Shown here piece after piece: positions 29,301-37,027 of a DNA stretch of 64,000 bases. The position numbers and the translations under genes were made by a program. A model generated the notes under the pieces. That model was given only the letters and a program-made list of their open reading frames with translations, ran no database searches and was not told the DNA's origin. The DNA is from an uncultured Planctomycetia bacterium (GTDB lineage Bacteria > Omnitrophota > Gorgyraeia > Tantalellales > Tantalellaceae), in assembly GCA_964409365.1 (NCBI GenBank), contig CAYPCX010000004.1, positions 21,015 through 85,014 of the forward strand, written 5' to 3'. Every line of letters begins with the position of its first letter. Positions within the stretch are counted from its first letter, which is position 1.

Positions 29301-32038
29301 ATGATGTTATTTCAGATGATCAGAGATTCATTTTAAGGGAATATTGCGGACTTAACAAGAGCGGCGTAGCAACGATGGTAAAAGATATCGCTGAGGAAAT
29401 GGGCATCTCCACGACCGCCGTGATCGATTCGAGGAAGAGAGCTTGTGAGAAGATCTATAACTGGCTTAAAGCCCAGCAGAGAACGGAAGGGGCGGAAAGG
29501 CAGGATCTGATCTTGCGGGACGAACCGGATCTTTATTACAGATTACAGGAAATGGGCATTAATACTGTCATCGAGCTTTCGGATCTTACGGAGAACGAGT
29601 TCGCGGAACAGCCGGGAATAAATTCCTGGCACGTTTCTGTTGCTAAGCAAAAGCTTGTTGAAGCTGGCCTGGGAGGATTCCGTTCGCCGTCGTTAGGGAG
29701 GAGCGCCCCTATAGAAAACTTGAGTCTGGCTGTGGAAAACCCGGAAAGGGTTCATGCGCTTTTGAGGAAAAAAGGCGTAAACACCGTTGCGGTGCTTTTG
29801 AAGATCGGGGTAGGGGGGCTTGCGGATAGGCTGGGAAAAGAGGCGTCACGACATATCATTGCCATAAGAAGGGCGGTAGCGCCGCATGGTTGGGAATTAA
29901 GGTTCCCCGCTGCAGTGAGTAACAACGATCCCATAGAATGTCTGCCTTTTCCCGCTTGGCACGAGTACGATACTTGTCAAAGGCTCAGGGAGGTCAATAT
30001 CAAGACTATCGGCCAGCTTCGGGACAAGACCCGAATAGAGCTAAAAAGGGTCGAGGGTATAGGGCAGGCGCGGCTGGAGATCATCACGAGAACTCTTGCT
30101 TATTATGACAAAGAATTAAGGGTTGACAGCGCGTTGAAGGAAGAGGATTCGATAAGAAAGCTTTGGATCTCTGCTTTTAAATCAGAAAATGTTTATAGCG
30201 CCCTTGAAGGGGCTGGTATTATTACTATCGGCCAGCTTTTAGATAAGACAAGAAAGGATCTCTTGCGGATCCCCAAGATCGGCGAACGTGCCGTTGCCGC
30301 TATTGAGGAAAAACTGGCTGTCTACGGCTGGAGATTACGTCAGGAGAGCACGATCGATGGTGTTCCTGCCGATATTCCGGCCGGAAGTATCGAAAACGTG
30401 CTCAGCTATTTTTGTGATCAAGACATAACCGATCCTGGGAAAGCCCTTACGCTGGAGCAGGCAGCAGATCGTTTGGGGCTTTCACCCTGGACAATAGAGC
30501 CGGACATAAGGGCGTTGAGCCTGCACCTGGATCTTTTGGAGGTCGTTCCTCCGGGTGGGACGGGTAAAAAGAAGAGGTATTACGTCCCGGAAAGCGTGAA
30601 GAAGAAACTCGATAGGATACTCCCGGTCCTATCCCAATTCCGCGGTGAGAATCTCCGCCCGAAAGTCGCACTTCTCGATGAAGTCTACGAAAAAGAAATA
30701 TTCCCGATTCTTGCCCCGGAAAAAAGTATTAAGCTTGAGATGATAAGACCGTCACCGGAATTGGAAAACAGAATTGAAAAATTCAGAGGAGTCGTGAAAA
30801 AACTTACCGATGACATACAAGGATCTTATGACGAAGAGCGGGGAACTTATTCATCAAAAGAATACGAAGCCGTGATAGCTGCCTTCGTGAATAGCCATAA
30901 GCCGTCCAGCATAGGCTACTACCATCCTTCTCCTTCATGGGCTATTCCTATTTTTCTCGAACATTTAGGGATAAACGAAAGTGATATAATGCTGGAAGCG
31001 GGAAGCGGAAAAGCTATTGTATCTTTTGAGGCCGCTTGTTTGTTCGGCGCTCGCGCGACGGCGGTGGAATATAGCGAAGCCTTCCACGTGTACGCCGGAC
31101 TGATACAAAAGGGGTTAATAAAAGAGGGTGTGCTGGAAGACAAACATGTGACTTTGTTCAATAAAGATTTTCTGGAGATGGATTTCTCTGAATACTCGCT
31201 GATCTATTACCAGTCACAAGGGACGCGCAAGAAGGAAGAACTGCTTAAGAAGATGTTGCAGATCAAACCGGGTGGCAGGATATTGATCTACGCGGGATAT
31301 GAACCCGAGATAGAGGACGAACTCAATGCGAATCCGGAGTTCGAAGCGAAGAAACTACAGATCGAAGGGCACCCCGGTGCTTTAGAGATGAGGGTCTATA
31401 CCAGGGTCGCCCGAGCGGATGAGGATGAGAAGCCGGTGGTCGATATTGCCAGCGAGGACAAGATCGCTCAGGATTTCATAGATGCGGTTATTCTGACGAT
31501 CGACGCGCTGGGAAGAAGATCCGGCAGGCAGAACAAGAAGATGATGATCGGTATTGACACAAGCTGGATACCGGAAGAGCAGCGGCATTCATCCGCGATG
31601 GTGCAGACCCTACTGGCGGCGATAAAAGATGCGCTTAGGGAGATAGGGCGGGAGGACATCGTTTTACTGGATGATAGTGACCCGGAGGGGTTAGCAGAGC
31701 AGCTCCGGACGGAAAGCGGGAAGACGGGAGTACCGCTTTCAAATATCGCGATAGTAAGTGCCGAAAAGACGTTCGAAGGAACGGACATTTTCGAGGAATT
31801 CAAGGGCGAGAGCAGGGAACAGGGCGCGTTTTTTGCGAAGGTGCCGCTGCCGGAAAAAGGACTTTCAAAGGATCTTGACATCAATATCGTCAAGATGTTG
31901 ACGATATTGATGAAGCATATATCCGACCCGGACAGCCCCCGCGAATTCTATTTGCCGATACCAGACGCGAAAGAGGTAGGGATAGACAAGCTCGGGGATG
32001 TTCATAAAGCCCGCGCCGAGGCGTTGATCAGGGCGTAA
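23345..32038 (+). CDS. Giant multidomain membrane protein (2,897 aa): N-terminal signal/anchor, FabD-like acyltransferase, degenerate protein-kinase-like domain, several TM blocks, sigma-70 region-4-like HTH (x2), four RNAP alpha-CTD-like HhH repeats, class I SAM methyltransferase
   Basis: single uninterrupted ORF; domain motifs identified by eye (see findings). Confidence 0.8.
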   Translation: MNNYFNIHRLWFKTVATGVVCLFLLNNFSFALEPTTGQRSCHTLSPQSRFPFVIKDRVNETELTQRLQNDAGLIYVSLLIGKVLAANGSVISDRGLRTLIERHILHIEPVSFDWENLRKEGKTFCLPYTEKGGNRTRILRYYLPEDKPEEAIGKRSIPLGTGNARVILEDTRVDVSESVFIFNVGTDDIKGGTGRELYETNRIAQGIYDRAAEALGCDVSMLFLEEKNRGITERWAVGNILYGVALYAAFSGRMETNDAPIALAGNSMGEIGALIVSGAVSLEDGVRLARFCGHFFETVVDKVDYGVVILEGIESDAIKGFLDPGKVELFQDVSPSSISLAVSRDVDHEELVNRLKEAGARRAQYFEKPLVKGSHVSWYSRYGQGLVDQIREMKISDPEIPVISPATGEILTTADQVREDIQTQFFRPIAWRGVVDKAVESGARSMLAFGPGWRIIKRTESMGSGIEIIPATDLAELESLKHKVRGFGSENLRPDIGTVVKGQDGHTYEIKEIITTGGTAIIFGARDMETSKNVAIKFLDFSIVPEPEEFIKLFKREVDVLKKGFTFAPGFYDWNIVDDPKGYGWIAMEKLEGVELWKWAADKYQDQTIGVQEKVRDIVEIVQKVLNHMSALYENGIQYREVNRKNIIVTPESEPKLVDFVGACVPGHDPIPLNKLPCTPNYLPPDRHREIKLKGPGVLDDVTTPQYDVFQMGVLLFHLARMTGPPDDGSYWDVSFTYETYTREKIEDMLPPAWKRFAGVIFKATARELEDRYESAEEMKRAIEEQEDAPGSEGFGDGTHGPDFGKSNRKKFCLVAMGAVSPWVVLILLAGMVICDMVYGVINHERFYQVILNKHPKLTLALKNLFYRQYLPDLISKPLQRWAVSALGRLMDKIKEFTDKLPGIRFRDPVVVMEAELAGTGDKVISDIGFQVPIVFEMSKSGRKGRGRGSNKRRKQMSKRPPAAEEPKPYDDLISCAGYALNNLVIVREQPEMLQAAKDFYAYLSEAGKDILDQLNIDENKLQDIRSILEGRGLSPDMVRCLRQDAEIITGRTKGKGTVKASPKRFSDDYEIVEVADVKTLVPVIMYVQEMKAREVTDAELSLYAVTDDDLRKGVRMPEKLPAAKEMLYRKALRNLKDVNWYKRGWQEVQGLSPANKRFLKEKAEEICGDKLEKCWGFVEGISSEQDYAEKLMRTEIATVNSMRDFTEFIILLACIYGGEQTHDEMRVALENIEKEHENAALLGDAPVLDRLDEDVSVNVGTFAKIAFSFLEHEKGLERDSKEYRAILDAVRRINSSAKVQCRPESSERWIRDFLAWIHAGFRYYLMPKGGEIYDDRHGPGVLREGGAIVPGRAVTPFTLVSGAVKTSDAELFSAEAGKLGIFTYVLPPGFVTCRISSTGRNIILKTGHIDVVMGVVPPEFTSDGRAKLLMDPSYHNLVKDNPEFLRLLEEQGSNMDVVLIHPEETYLNLANFSSLLDENGQVKLLFNHDKGLTLPYLNLKTGVLFQTDMEITGMAVLRGLVRCMTNMLPGSYVKGGASTSIVIRDSGMPPGVATGLHALSKDPELKRVLQELWINRLTITGTKFRPMSLVHYDSSTRRILVQLGNDLVNDPSAACDYVINYLEATRQRLCQDMGISVQGFGDTRQMGGSAPAPAGMFPWMWRVYDPIKRGLEKRDWPARRIAGLIGGLEELGIAGLVMNGAAFALSYFCGMPFITALLVTSAVAVPFFPAGHIRGRYYIQGGGFAPALPSNFWKDMGVLTVLGLTTRSLQLLPVAMVCVFNLNPAFTLVGIPLAVIAHAYYNHSVAPERNRPLGMPWKGKPHKWTPERISEELRMMYFDGVDSRGVKCTREDLRIEKIRDHYQGLAVAVPRTWKEMLKEQGVSENSRLYIYMSGEGRNPREGINKAGWEYFWATIGVNYERDIEKKPGAAEGAYIPNATDSGIEHRDLKKFVPEEDELFGIVREMLGGEDLTEHEIADIILNAPDDVISDDQRFILREYCGLNKSGVATMVKDIAEEMGISTTAVIDSRKRACEKIYNWLKAQQRTEGAERQDLILRDEPDLYYRLQEMGINTVIELSDLTENEFAEQPGINSWHVSVAKQKLVEAGLGGFRSPSLGRSAPIENLSLAVENPERVHALLRKKGVNTVAVLLKIGVGGLADRLGKEASRHIIAIRRAVAPHGWELRFPAAVSNNDPIECLPFPAWHEYDTCQRLREVNIKTIGQLRDKTRIELKRVEGIGQARLEIITRTLAYYDKELRVDSALKEEDSIRKLWISAFKSENVYSALEGAGIITIGQLLDKTRKDLLRIPKIGERAVAAIEEKLAVYGWRLRQESTIDGVPADIPAGSIENVLSYFCDQDITDPGKALTLEQAADRLGLSPWTIEPDIRALSLHLDLLEVVPPGGTGKKKRYYVPESVKKKLDRILPVLSQFRGENLRPKVALLDEVYEKEIFPILAPEKSIKLEMIRPSPELENRIEKFRGVVKKLTDDIQGSYDEERGTYSSKEYEAVIAAFVNSHKPSSIGYYHPSPSWAIPIFLEHLGINESDIMLEAGSGKAIVSFEAACLFGARATAVEYSEAFHVYAGLIQKGLIKEGVLEDKHVTLFNKDFLEMDFSEYSLIYYQSQGTRKKEELLKKMLQIKPGGRILIYAGYEPEIEDELNANPEFEAKKLQIEGHPGALEMRVYTRVARADEDEKPVVDIASEDKIAQDFIDAVILTIDALGRRSGRQNKKMMIGIDTSWIPEEQRHSSAMVQTLLAAIKDALREIGREDIVLLDDSDPEGLAEQLRTESGKTGVPLSNIAIVSAEKTFEGTDIFEEFKGESREQGAFFAKVPLPEKGLSKDLDINIVKMLTILMKHISDPDSPREFYLPIPDAKEVGIDKLGDVHKARAEALIRA

Positions 32039-32040
32039 TA

Positions 32041-32077
32041 CAGGTCTCAGGTCACAGGTTTCAGGTAGCAGGTCACA
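32041..32077. repeat. (CAGGTNN)x5 heptad array just after giant ORF stop
   Basis: caggtct caggtca caggttt caggtag caggtca. Confidence 0.8.
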
Positions 32078-32142
32078 CAGCATAAAACCCTTGCGCATGA
32101 GTTCTATATTTGCTATAATTTGACACTCTGAACGAGATTTGA

Positions 32143-32217
32143 CGCGGGGTGGAGCAGAGGTAGCTCGTGAGGCTCATAACCTCAAGGTCGGCGGTTCGAT
32201 TCCGCCCCCCGCAACCA
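32143..32217 (+). tRNA. tRNA-Met (CAT), initiator-like (C1:A72 mismatch, close to E. coli tRNA-fMet)
   Basis: CGCGGGGTGGAGCAG...GCTCATAACC...GGTTCGATTCC...CCCCCGCAACCA. Confidence 0.85.
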
Positions 32218-32221
32218 ATAT

Positions 32222-32253
32222 AAAAACCCGGCTGATTTTTAGCCGGGTTTTTC
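32222..32253 (+). terminator. Rho-independent terminator (cccggct-N7-agccggg + T5), same stem as terminator at 11055
   Basis: read in sequence. Confidence 0.7.
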
Positions 32254-32262
32254 TTACCCCGG

Positions 32263-32300
32263 TACCTGAAACCCGACACCCGACACCTGATACCTAACCC
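32263..32300. repeat. (ACCYGAN)x5 heptad array upstream of purB promoter
   Basis: acctgaa acccgac acccgac acctgat acctaac. Confidence 0.8.
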
Positions 32301-32301
32301 A

Positions 32302-32330
32302 TTGACACCGCTAATTATATATGCTATAAG
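32302..32330 (+). promoter_or_regulatory. sigma70-like promoter TTGACA-17-TATAAG for purB
   Basis: read in sequence; RBS gggaggg before ATG 32383. Confidence 0.5.
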
Positions 32331-32382
32331 AAATATTCCGATTTAGTTTTTTATTCCCCTTTATTTACGGGAGGGAGCGAAA

Positions 32383-33675
32383 ATGATAGAAAGATATACG
32401 CGCCCCGGAATGGGCAGGATCTGGGCGGACGAGAACAGGTTCCGCAAGATGCTGGACATAGAGATACTGGCCTGCGAAGCGTTCGCGAAACAGGGGCTTA
32501 TACCCAAAGACGCCCTGAAGAACATCAAGGAAAAAGCCGATTTCGATGTCGATCGCATCAAGGAGATAGAAGCCAGGACCCACCACGACGTCGTTGCCTT
32601 CATAAAGAGCATTTCGGAATATGTCGGTGAAGACGCCAAGTATATACATTTCGGCCTCACCTCGAGCGATGTGTTGGACACGGCCCTTTCGGTGCAGATG
32701 GTCGAAGCGATGGACCTTCTTCTGGAAGGGGCAAAGGCCCTCCGGGAAGCGCTGAAAGACAAAGCGCACAGGTACAAGAAGACCCCCATGATGGGCCGTT
32801 CGCACGGCGTGCATGCCGAGCCCATATCTTTCGGCCTGAAGATGGCGCTTTTTTGTAAAGAGATGGACCGTAATATCCACAGGTTGGAGGACGCCAGGGA
32901 AACGATAGCGGCGGGGAAGATATCGGGTTCGGTGGGGACTTTCGCTAACGTAGACCCCGTTGTGGAAGAATATGTATGCAAGCGGCTCGGGCTTAAACCG
33001 GCGGGTGTATCCAGCCAGGTCCTTCAGAGGGACAGGCATGCACAGTACCTGAACGCCATCGCCATCGTGGGAGCGACCCTGGAAAAAATAGCCCTTGAAG
33101 TGCGCGGTCTCCAGAAGACCGAGATCGGCGAAGTGCAGGAGTTTTTCGCCTCGGGCCAGACGGGTTCTTCGAGCATGCCGCACAAGAAGAATCCCATCAT
33201 CTGCGAGCGCATAACGGGACTTGCGAGGGTCTTGAGAGGTAACGCCATGGCGGCCATAGAGAACGTCGCCCTGTGGCACGAGCGGGACATATCGCATTCT
33301 TCGGTCGAACGCATAATAATACCGGATTCCGCTATCCTTCTTGATTATATGCTGGATAAAGCTACGAAACTGGTGGAAAAGCTCGTCGTGAACGAGGACA
33401 GGATGCTGGAGAACATGGGCGCGACAAAAGGCCTTGTGTATTCACAGCACGTGCTTCTCGAGCTTATAAAAAAAGGGGCGACACGCGTCGACGCTTATGA
33501 CATCGTCCAGGAGTTGTCGCTGAAGAGCCACGAACACGGTAGAGAGTTCAAGGACCTTCTTCTTGAGAGCGAGAAAATAAAAAAGTACCTTTCGGAAAAA
33601 GAGATCGAGGATTGCTTCAGCCTTGATTATCATCTCCGGCATATTGACAGCATCTTCAAGAAGATCGGTCTATAG
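32383..33675 (+). CDS. purB: Adenylosuccinate lyase
   Basis: MIERYTRPGMGRIW N-terminus; GSSSMPHKKNP fumarate-lyase signature. Confidence 0.95.
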   Translation: MIERYTRPGMGRIWADENRFRKMLDIEILACEAFAKQGLIPKDALKNIKEKADFDVDRIKEIEARTHHDVVAFIKSISEYVGEDAKYIHFGLTSSDVLDTALSVQMVEAMDLLLEGAKALREALKDKAHRYKKTPMMGRSHGVHAEPISFGLKMALFCKEMDRNIHRLEDARETIAAGKISGSVGTFANVDPVVEEYVCKRLGLKPAGVSSQVLQRDRHAQYLNAIAIVGATLEKIALEVRGLQKTEIGEVQEFFASGQTGSSSMPHKKNPIICERITGLARVLRGNAMAAIENVALWHERDISHSSVERIIIPDSAILLDYMLDKATKLVEKLVVNEDRMLENMGATKGLVYSQHVLLELIKKGATRVDAYDIVQELSLKSHEHGREFKDLLLESEKIKKYLSEKEIEDCFSLDYHLRHIDSIFKKIGL

Positions 33676-33696
33676 TTCCCGATAAATTCACCATTT

Positions 33697-34698
33697 ATGA
33701 AAAAGATATCCTATAAAAGCGCCGGTGTCGATATCGACAGGGCCGACCGCCTTATCCGGGACGTGAAGAAACTCGTTAATACCACGAGAGTCAGGGGAAG
33801 CATGGATACGGTCGGGGGGTTCGGGGGCTTTTTTGACCCTTCCGCCGCAGGGATAAAGGATCCTGTACTTGTCGCCTCTACCGACGGGGTGGGAACGAAG
33901 CTCAAGATAGCTCAACTGGCCGGGAAACACGATACCGTGGGAATAGACCTTGTGGCGATGTGCGTGAACGATATCCTTTGCTCGGGCGCGCGCCCGCTGT
34001 TTTTCCTGGATTATTTCGCTACGGGGAAACTCGAAGAAAAGGTCTGGAGCGATGTGATCAAGGGCGTAGTCATAGGTTGTCACGAGGCCAGGTGCGCTCT
34101 TCTGGGGGGTGAAACGGCCGAGATGCCCGGCATGTACGCGAAGGGTGAATATGACCTTGCCGGGTTCGCCGTCGGAGCGGTAAGCAGGAAAAAGGTCATC
34201 GACGGGAAAAAGATCAGGCCGGGGGACGTGCTTCTGGGTCTGGCTTCCAACGGGCTGCATTCCAACGGTTATTCGCTCCTCAGGAAGGTTTTTCCGAAAA
34301 GATACCTGAAAAAGAACCATAGTCTTTTTCTTAAACCCACTGTTATATATGTGCGGCCTTTTCTCGGGCTTGCGCGGAACGTTACGATAAAAGGAGCTGC
34401 CAATATAACGGGCGGCGGTTTCTATGACAATATCCCGAGGATGCTTCCCGCCGGAGTGAAAGCTGTCATCAGCAAGGGAAGCTGGAACGTGCATAAAGTG
34501 TTCAAGCTTATACGGGAAAGGGTGAAGATAAGCGAAAAAGAACTTTACCGGACGTTCAACATGGGGATCGGGATGGTACTTGCCCTTTCTCCGCAGGACG
34601 CCGAAAAAGCGCGAAAGATGCTTGCTAAAAAATTCAAACTGAAAAGCTGGGTCATCGGCAAGATCGTTAAAGGTAAAAAACGCGTCGAGCTCGTATAA
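33697..34698 (+). CDS. purM: Phosphoribosylformylglycinamidine cyclo-ligase (AIR synthetase)
   Basis: YKSAGVDIDRAD N-terminus; PurM-family glycine-rich motifs. Confidence 0.9.
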   Translation: MKKISYKSAGVDIDRADRLIRDVKKLVNTTRVRGSMDTVGGFGGFFDPSAAGIKDPVLVASTDGVGTKLKIAQLAGKHDTVGIDLVAMCVNDILCSGARPLFFLDYFATGKLEEKVWSDVIKGVVIGCHEARCALLGGETAEMPGMYAKGEYDLAGFAVGAVSRKKVIDGKKIRPGDVLLGLASNGLHSNGYSLLRKVFPKRYLKKNHSLFLKPTVIYVRPFLGLARNVTIKGAANITGGGFYDNIPRMLPAGVKAVISKGSWNVHKVFKLIRERVKISEKELYRTFNMGIGMVLALSPQDAEKARKMLAKKFKLKSWVIGKIVKGKKRVELV

Positions 34699-34733
34699 CT
34701 CAATACTCGACACTCAATACTTGATACTTGATA
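34698..34733. repeat. (CTYRANA)x5 heptad array between purM and purD
   Basis: ctcaata ctcgaca ctcaata cttgata cttgata. Confidence 0.8.
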
Positions 34734-34748
34734 AGAAGGAATAAACAC

Positions 34749-36029
34749 ATGAACATACTTGTTATAGGTTCCGGGGGCAGGGAGCACGCCCTGTGCTGGA
34801 AGATAAGGCAAAGCCCGAAGGTAAAGGAACTTTACTGCTCGCCCGGTAACGGGGGTACGGCGGCGGAAGCGATAAACGTGAAACTGAACGTTGACGAGCA
34901 CCACGCGGTGGTGGATTTCTGCAAAGCGAAGGATGTATCCCTAGTGGTCGTGGGGCCTGAAGCGCCCCTGGCGGTGGGATTAGCGGACGATCTGGAAAGG
35001 GCAGGGATAAAGGTGTTCGGGCCTTCTTATGCCGCGGCCAGGATGGAGTCCAGCAAGATATTCGCGAAGGAACTGATGGGACGTTATGGCATCCCGACGG
35101 CGCGTTTCAGGATATTCGACGAGCTCGAAAAGGCGGAAGAATATATCCGCTCGGAGGGCGCTCCCATAGTGGTGAAAGCGTACGGCCTGGCAGCCGGTAA
35201 GGGCGTGGTCGTGACCGAGGACGTCGAAGAAGCGGTGCTGGCCGCCCGCGCGTGCCTGATAGACAATAAGTTCGGCGCGGCAGGCAGCAGTATTATCGTG
35301 GAAGAGTGCTTGATAGGGGAAGAAGCCTCGATACTGGTCGTAACGGACGGGAGGAACGTGATACCCCTGGCCTCGAGCCAGGACCACAAGCGTGTCTTTG
35401 ACGGCGACACCGGCCCTAATACCGGGGGGATGGGCGCATATTCGCCGGCGCCCGTCATAGACGAGGCGCTTTTTGAAAACATAATGAAAGAAATAATCGC
35501 TCCGACGATAGAAGGTCTGCAGGAGGAGGGCATCGTTTACAGGGGCGTACTTTACGCCGGGATCATGGTGACGGATTCGGGCCCGAAGACGCTGGAATAC
35601 AACGTGCGTTTCGGCGATCCCGAGGCCGAGGCGATACTTCCGCGCCTTAAGTCGGACCTGGTGGAACTTCTGGAAGCGACGGCGGACGGGGACATTTCCG
35701 GGGTAAAGCTTAACTGGGACGAGCGGGAATGTGTCAGTGTGGTGATGGCCTCGGGCGGGTATCCGGGAGGCTACGAGAAAGGCAAGGAGATAACCGGCCT
35801 TAAGGACGCGGCCGATGAAGGCGCCATAGTCTTCCATGCCGGGACGCGTCTCGAGGACGACAAGCTGGTGACTTCCGGCGGAAGGGTCCTCAACGTCGTG
35901 GGTATGGGCTCGGGTATCAAGGAAGCAGTGGCGAATACCTACAGGGCGGTAGAGAAAGTGCGTTTTGACAATATGCATTATCGCAGGGATATAGGTTTCA
36001 GGGCCATTGAGAGGGCCGGGAATGAATGA
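34749..36029 (+). CDS. purD: Phosphoribosylamine-glycine ligase
   Basis: MNILVIGSGGREHAL; ATP-grasp motifs; ORF track start 34728 likely too long. Confidence 0.9.
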   Translation: MNILVIGSGGREHALCWKIRQSPKVKELYCSPGNGGTAAEAINVKLNVDEHHAVVDFCKAKDVSLVVVGPEAPLAVGLADDLERAGIKVFGPSYAAARMESSKIFAKELMGRYGIPTARFRIFDELEKAEEYIRSEGAPIVVKAYGLAAGKGVVVTEDVEEAVLAARACLIDNKFGAAGSSIIVEECLIGEEASILVVTDGRNVIPLASSQDHKRVFDGDTGPNTGGMGAYSPAPVIDEALFENIMKEIIAPTIEGLQEEGIVYRGVLYAGIMVTDSGPKTLEYNVRFGDPEAEAILPRLKSDLVELLEATADGDISGVKLNWDERECVSVVMASGGYPGGYEKGKEITGLKDAADEGAIVFHAGTRLEDDKLVTSGGRVLNVVGMGSGIKEAVANTYRAVEKVRFDNMHYRRDIGFRAIERAGNE

Positions 36030-36071
36030 CAAATGTCGAAATTCAAAAGGCAAAATGTCCGGGAGAATGAT

Positions 36072-36563
36072 ATGAAAAAGAAACCTCAGGTCAGTATAGT
36101 CATGGGAAGCGATTCGGACCTTCCCGTCATGAAAGAGGCAAGCGCTGTTCTCAGGGAGTTCAGCATACCCCATGAAGTGAGGATACTTTCGGCGCACCGT
36201 TCGCCGGACATGACGTCGGTCTTCGCGAAAGGCGCCAGGAAGAAGGGCATAAAGGTCATAATCGCCGGCGCGGGCGGAGCGGCCCACCTGGCGGGGGTGA
36301 TAGCGTCGCATACTACGCTCCCGGTCATAGGCGTTCCCATGGAGACGAAGCTGGACGGCATAGATTCGCTTCTTTCGACCGTGCAGATGCCGTCGGGGGT
36401 GCCGGTAGCGACAGTATCCATAGGGAAGGCGGGCGCGGTAAACGCCGCGATACTGGCGGCGCAGATAATCGGGGCGAACAATGCCGCGATCGGCAAAAAG
36501 GTGGGAACTTATAAGAAAAAGCTCGTCCGGAAGATCCGGGAGAAGAACCGGAAGCTGAAATAG
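36072..36563 (+). CDS. purE: N5-carboxyaminoimidazole ribonucleotide mutase
   Basis: GSDSDLPVMKEA and SAHRSP signatures; GGGAGA RBS before ATG 36072. Confidence 0.9.
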   Translation: MKKKPQVSIVMGSDSDLPVMKEASAVLREFSIPHEVRILSAHRSPDMTSVFAKGARKKGIKVIIAGAGGAAHLAGVIASHTTLPVIGVPMETKLDGIDSLLSTVQMPSGVPVATVSIGKAGAVNAAILAAQIIGANNAAIGKKVGTYKKKLVRKIREKNRKLK

Positions 36564-36565
36564 GG

Positions 36566-37027
36566 ATGAAAGACGTAAAGGCTATACTATTTGTTTGCAC
36601 GGGTAACAGCTGCAGAAGTATAATGGCTGAGGCTTACCTGAAGAAAAGGCTTGCCGAGGAAGATATGCCGATCGAGGTCAGGTCTGCCGGGACGCTGGGG
36701 ATAGACGGGATGACGCCCACGAAAGAAACGGTCATGGTCCTTGAAAAAGAAGAGATAGACGCGGCTGTTTATGAGTCTAAAGAACTGACGGAGGAACTTG
36801 TAGATTGGGCCGACCTTGTGCTCGTCATGGAACCTTCCCATAAGAACAGGGTCATAGAGATGGTGCGGGGGTCGGAGAACAAGATCCTTTACCTCGGACA
36901 GTTCGACGCAGATGGGGGAGATATCGTCATACCTGACCCCATAGGCAGGCAGCTTGCCTTTTACAGGGCGTCCTTCGGGAAAATAAAACGATCGATAGAG
37001 GGGTTGATAGAATGGCTAAAAGAATAG
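36566..37027 (+). CDS. Low-molecular-weight protein-tyrosine phosphatase family (LMW-PTP/ArsC-like)
   Basis: CTGNSCRS (CX5R) P-loop and DP general-acid motif. Confidence 0.8.
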   Translation: MKDVKAILFVCTGNSCRSIMAEAYLKKRLAEEDMPIEVRSAGTLGIDGMTPTKETVMVLEKEEIDAAVYESKELTEELVDWADLVLVMEPSHKNRVIEMVRGSENKILYLGQFDADGGDIVIPDPIGRQLAFYRASFGKIKRSIEGLIEWLKE

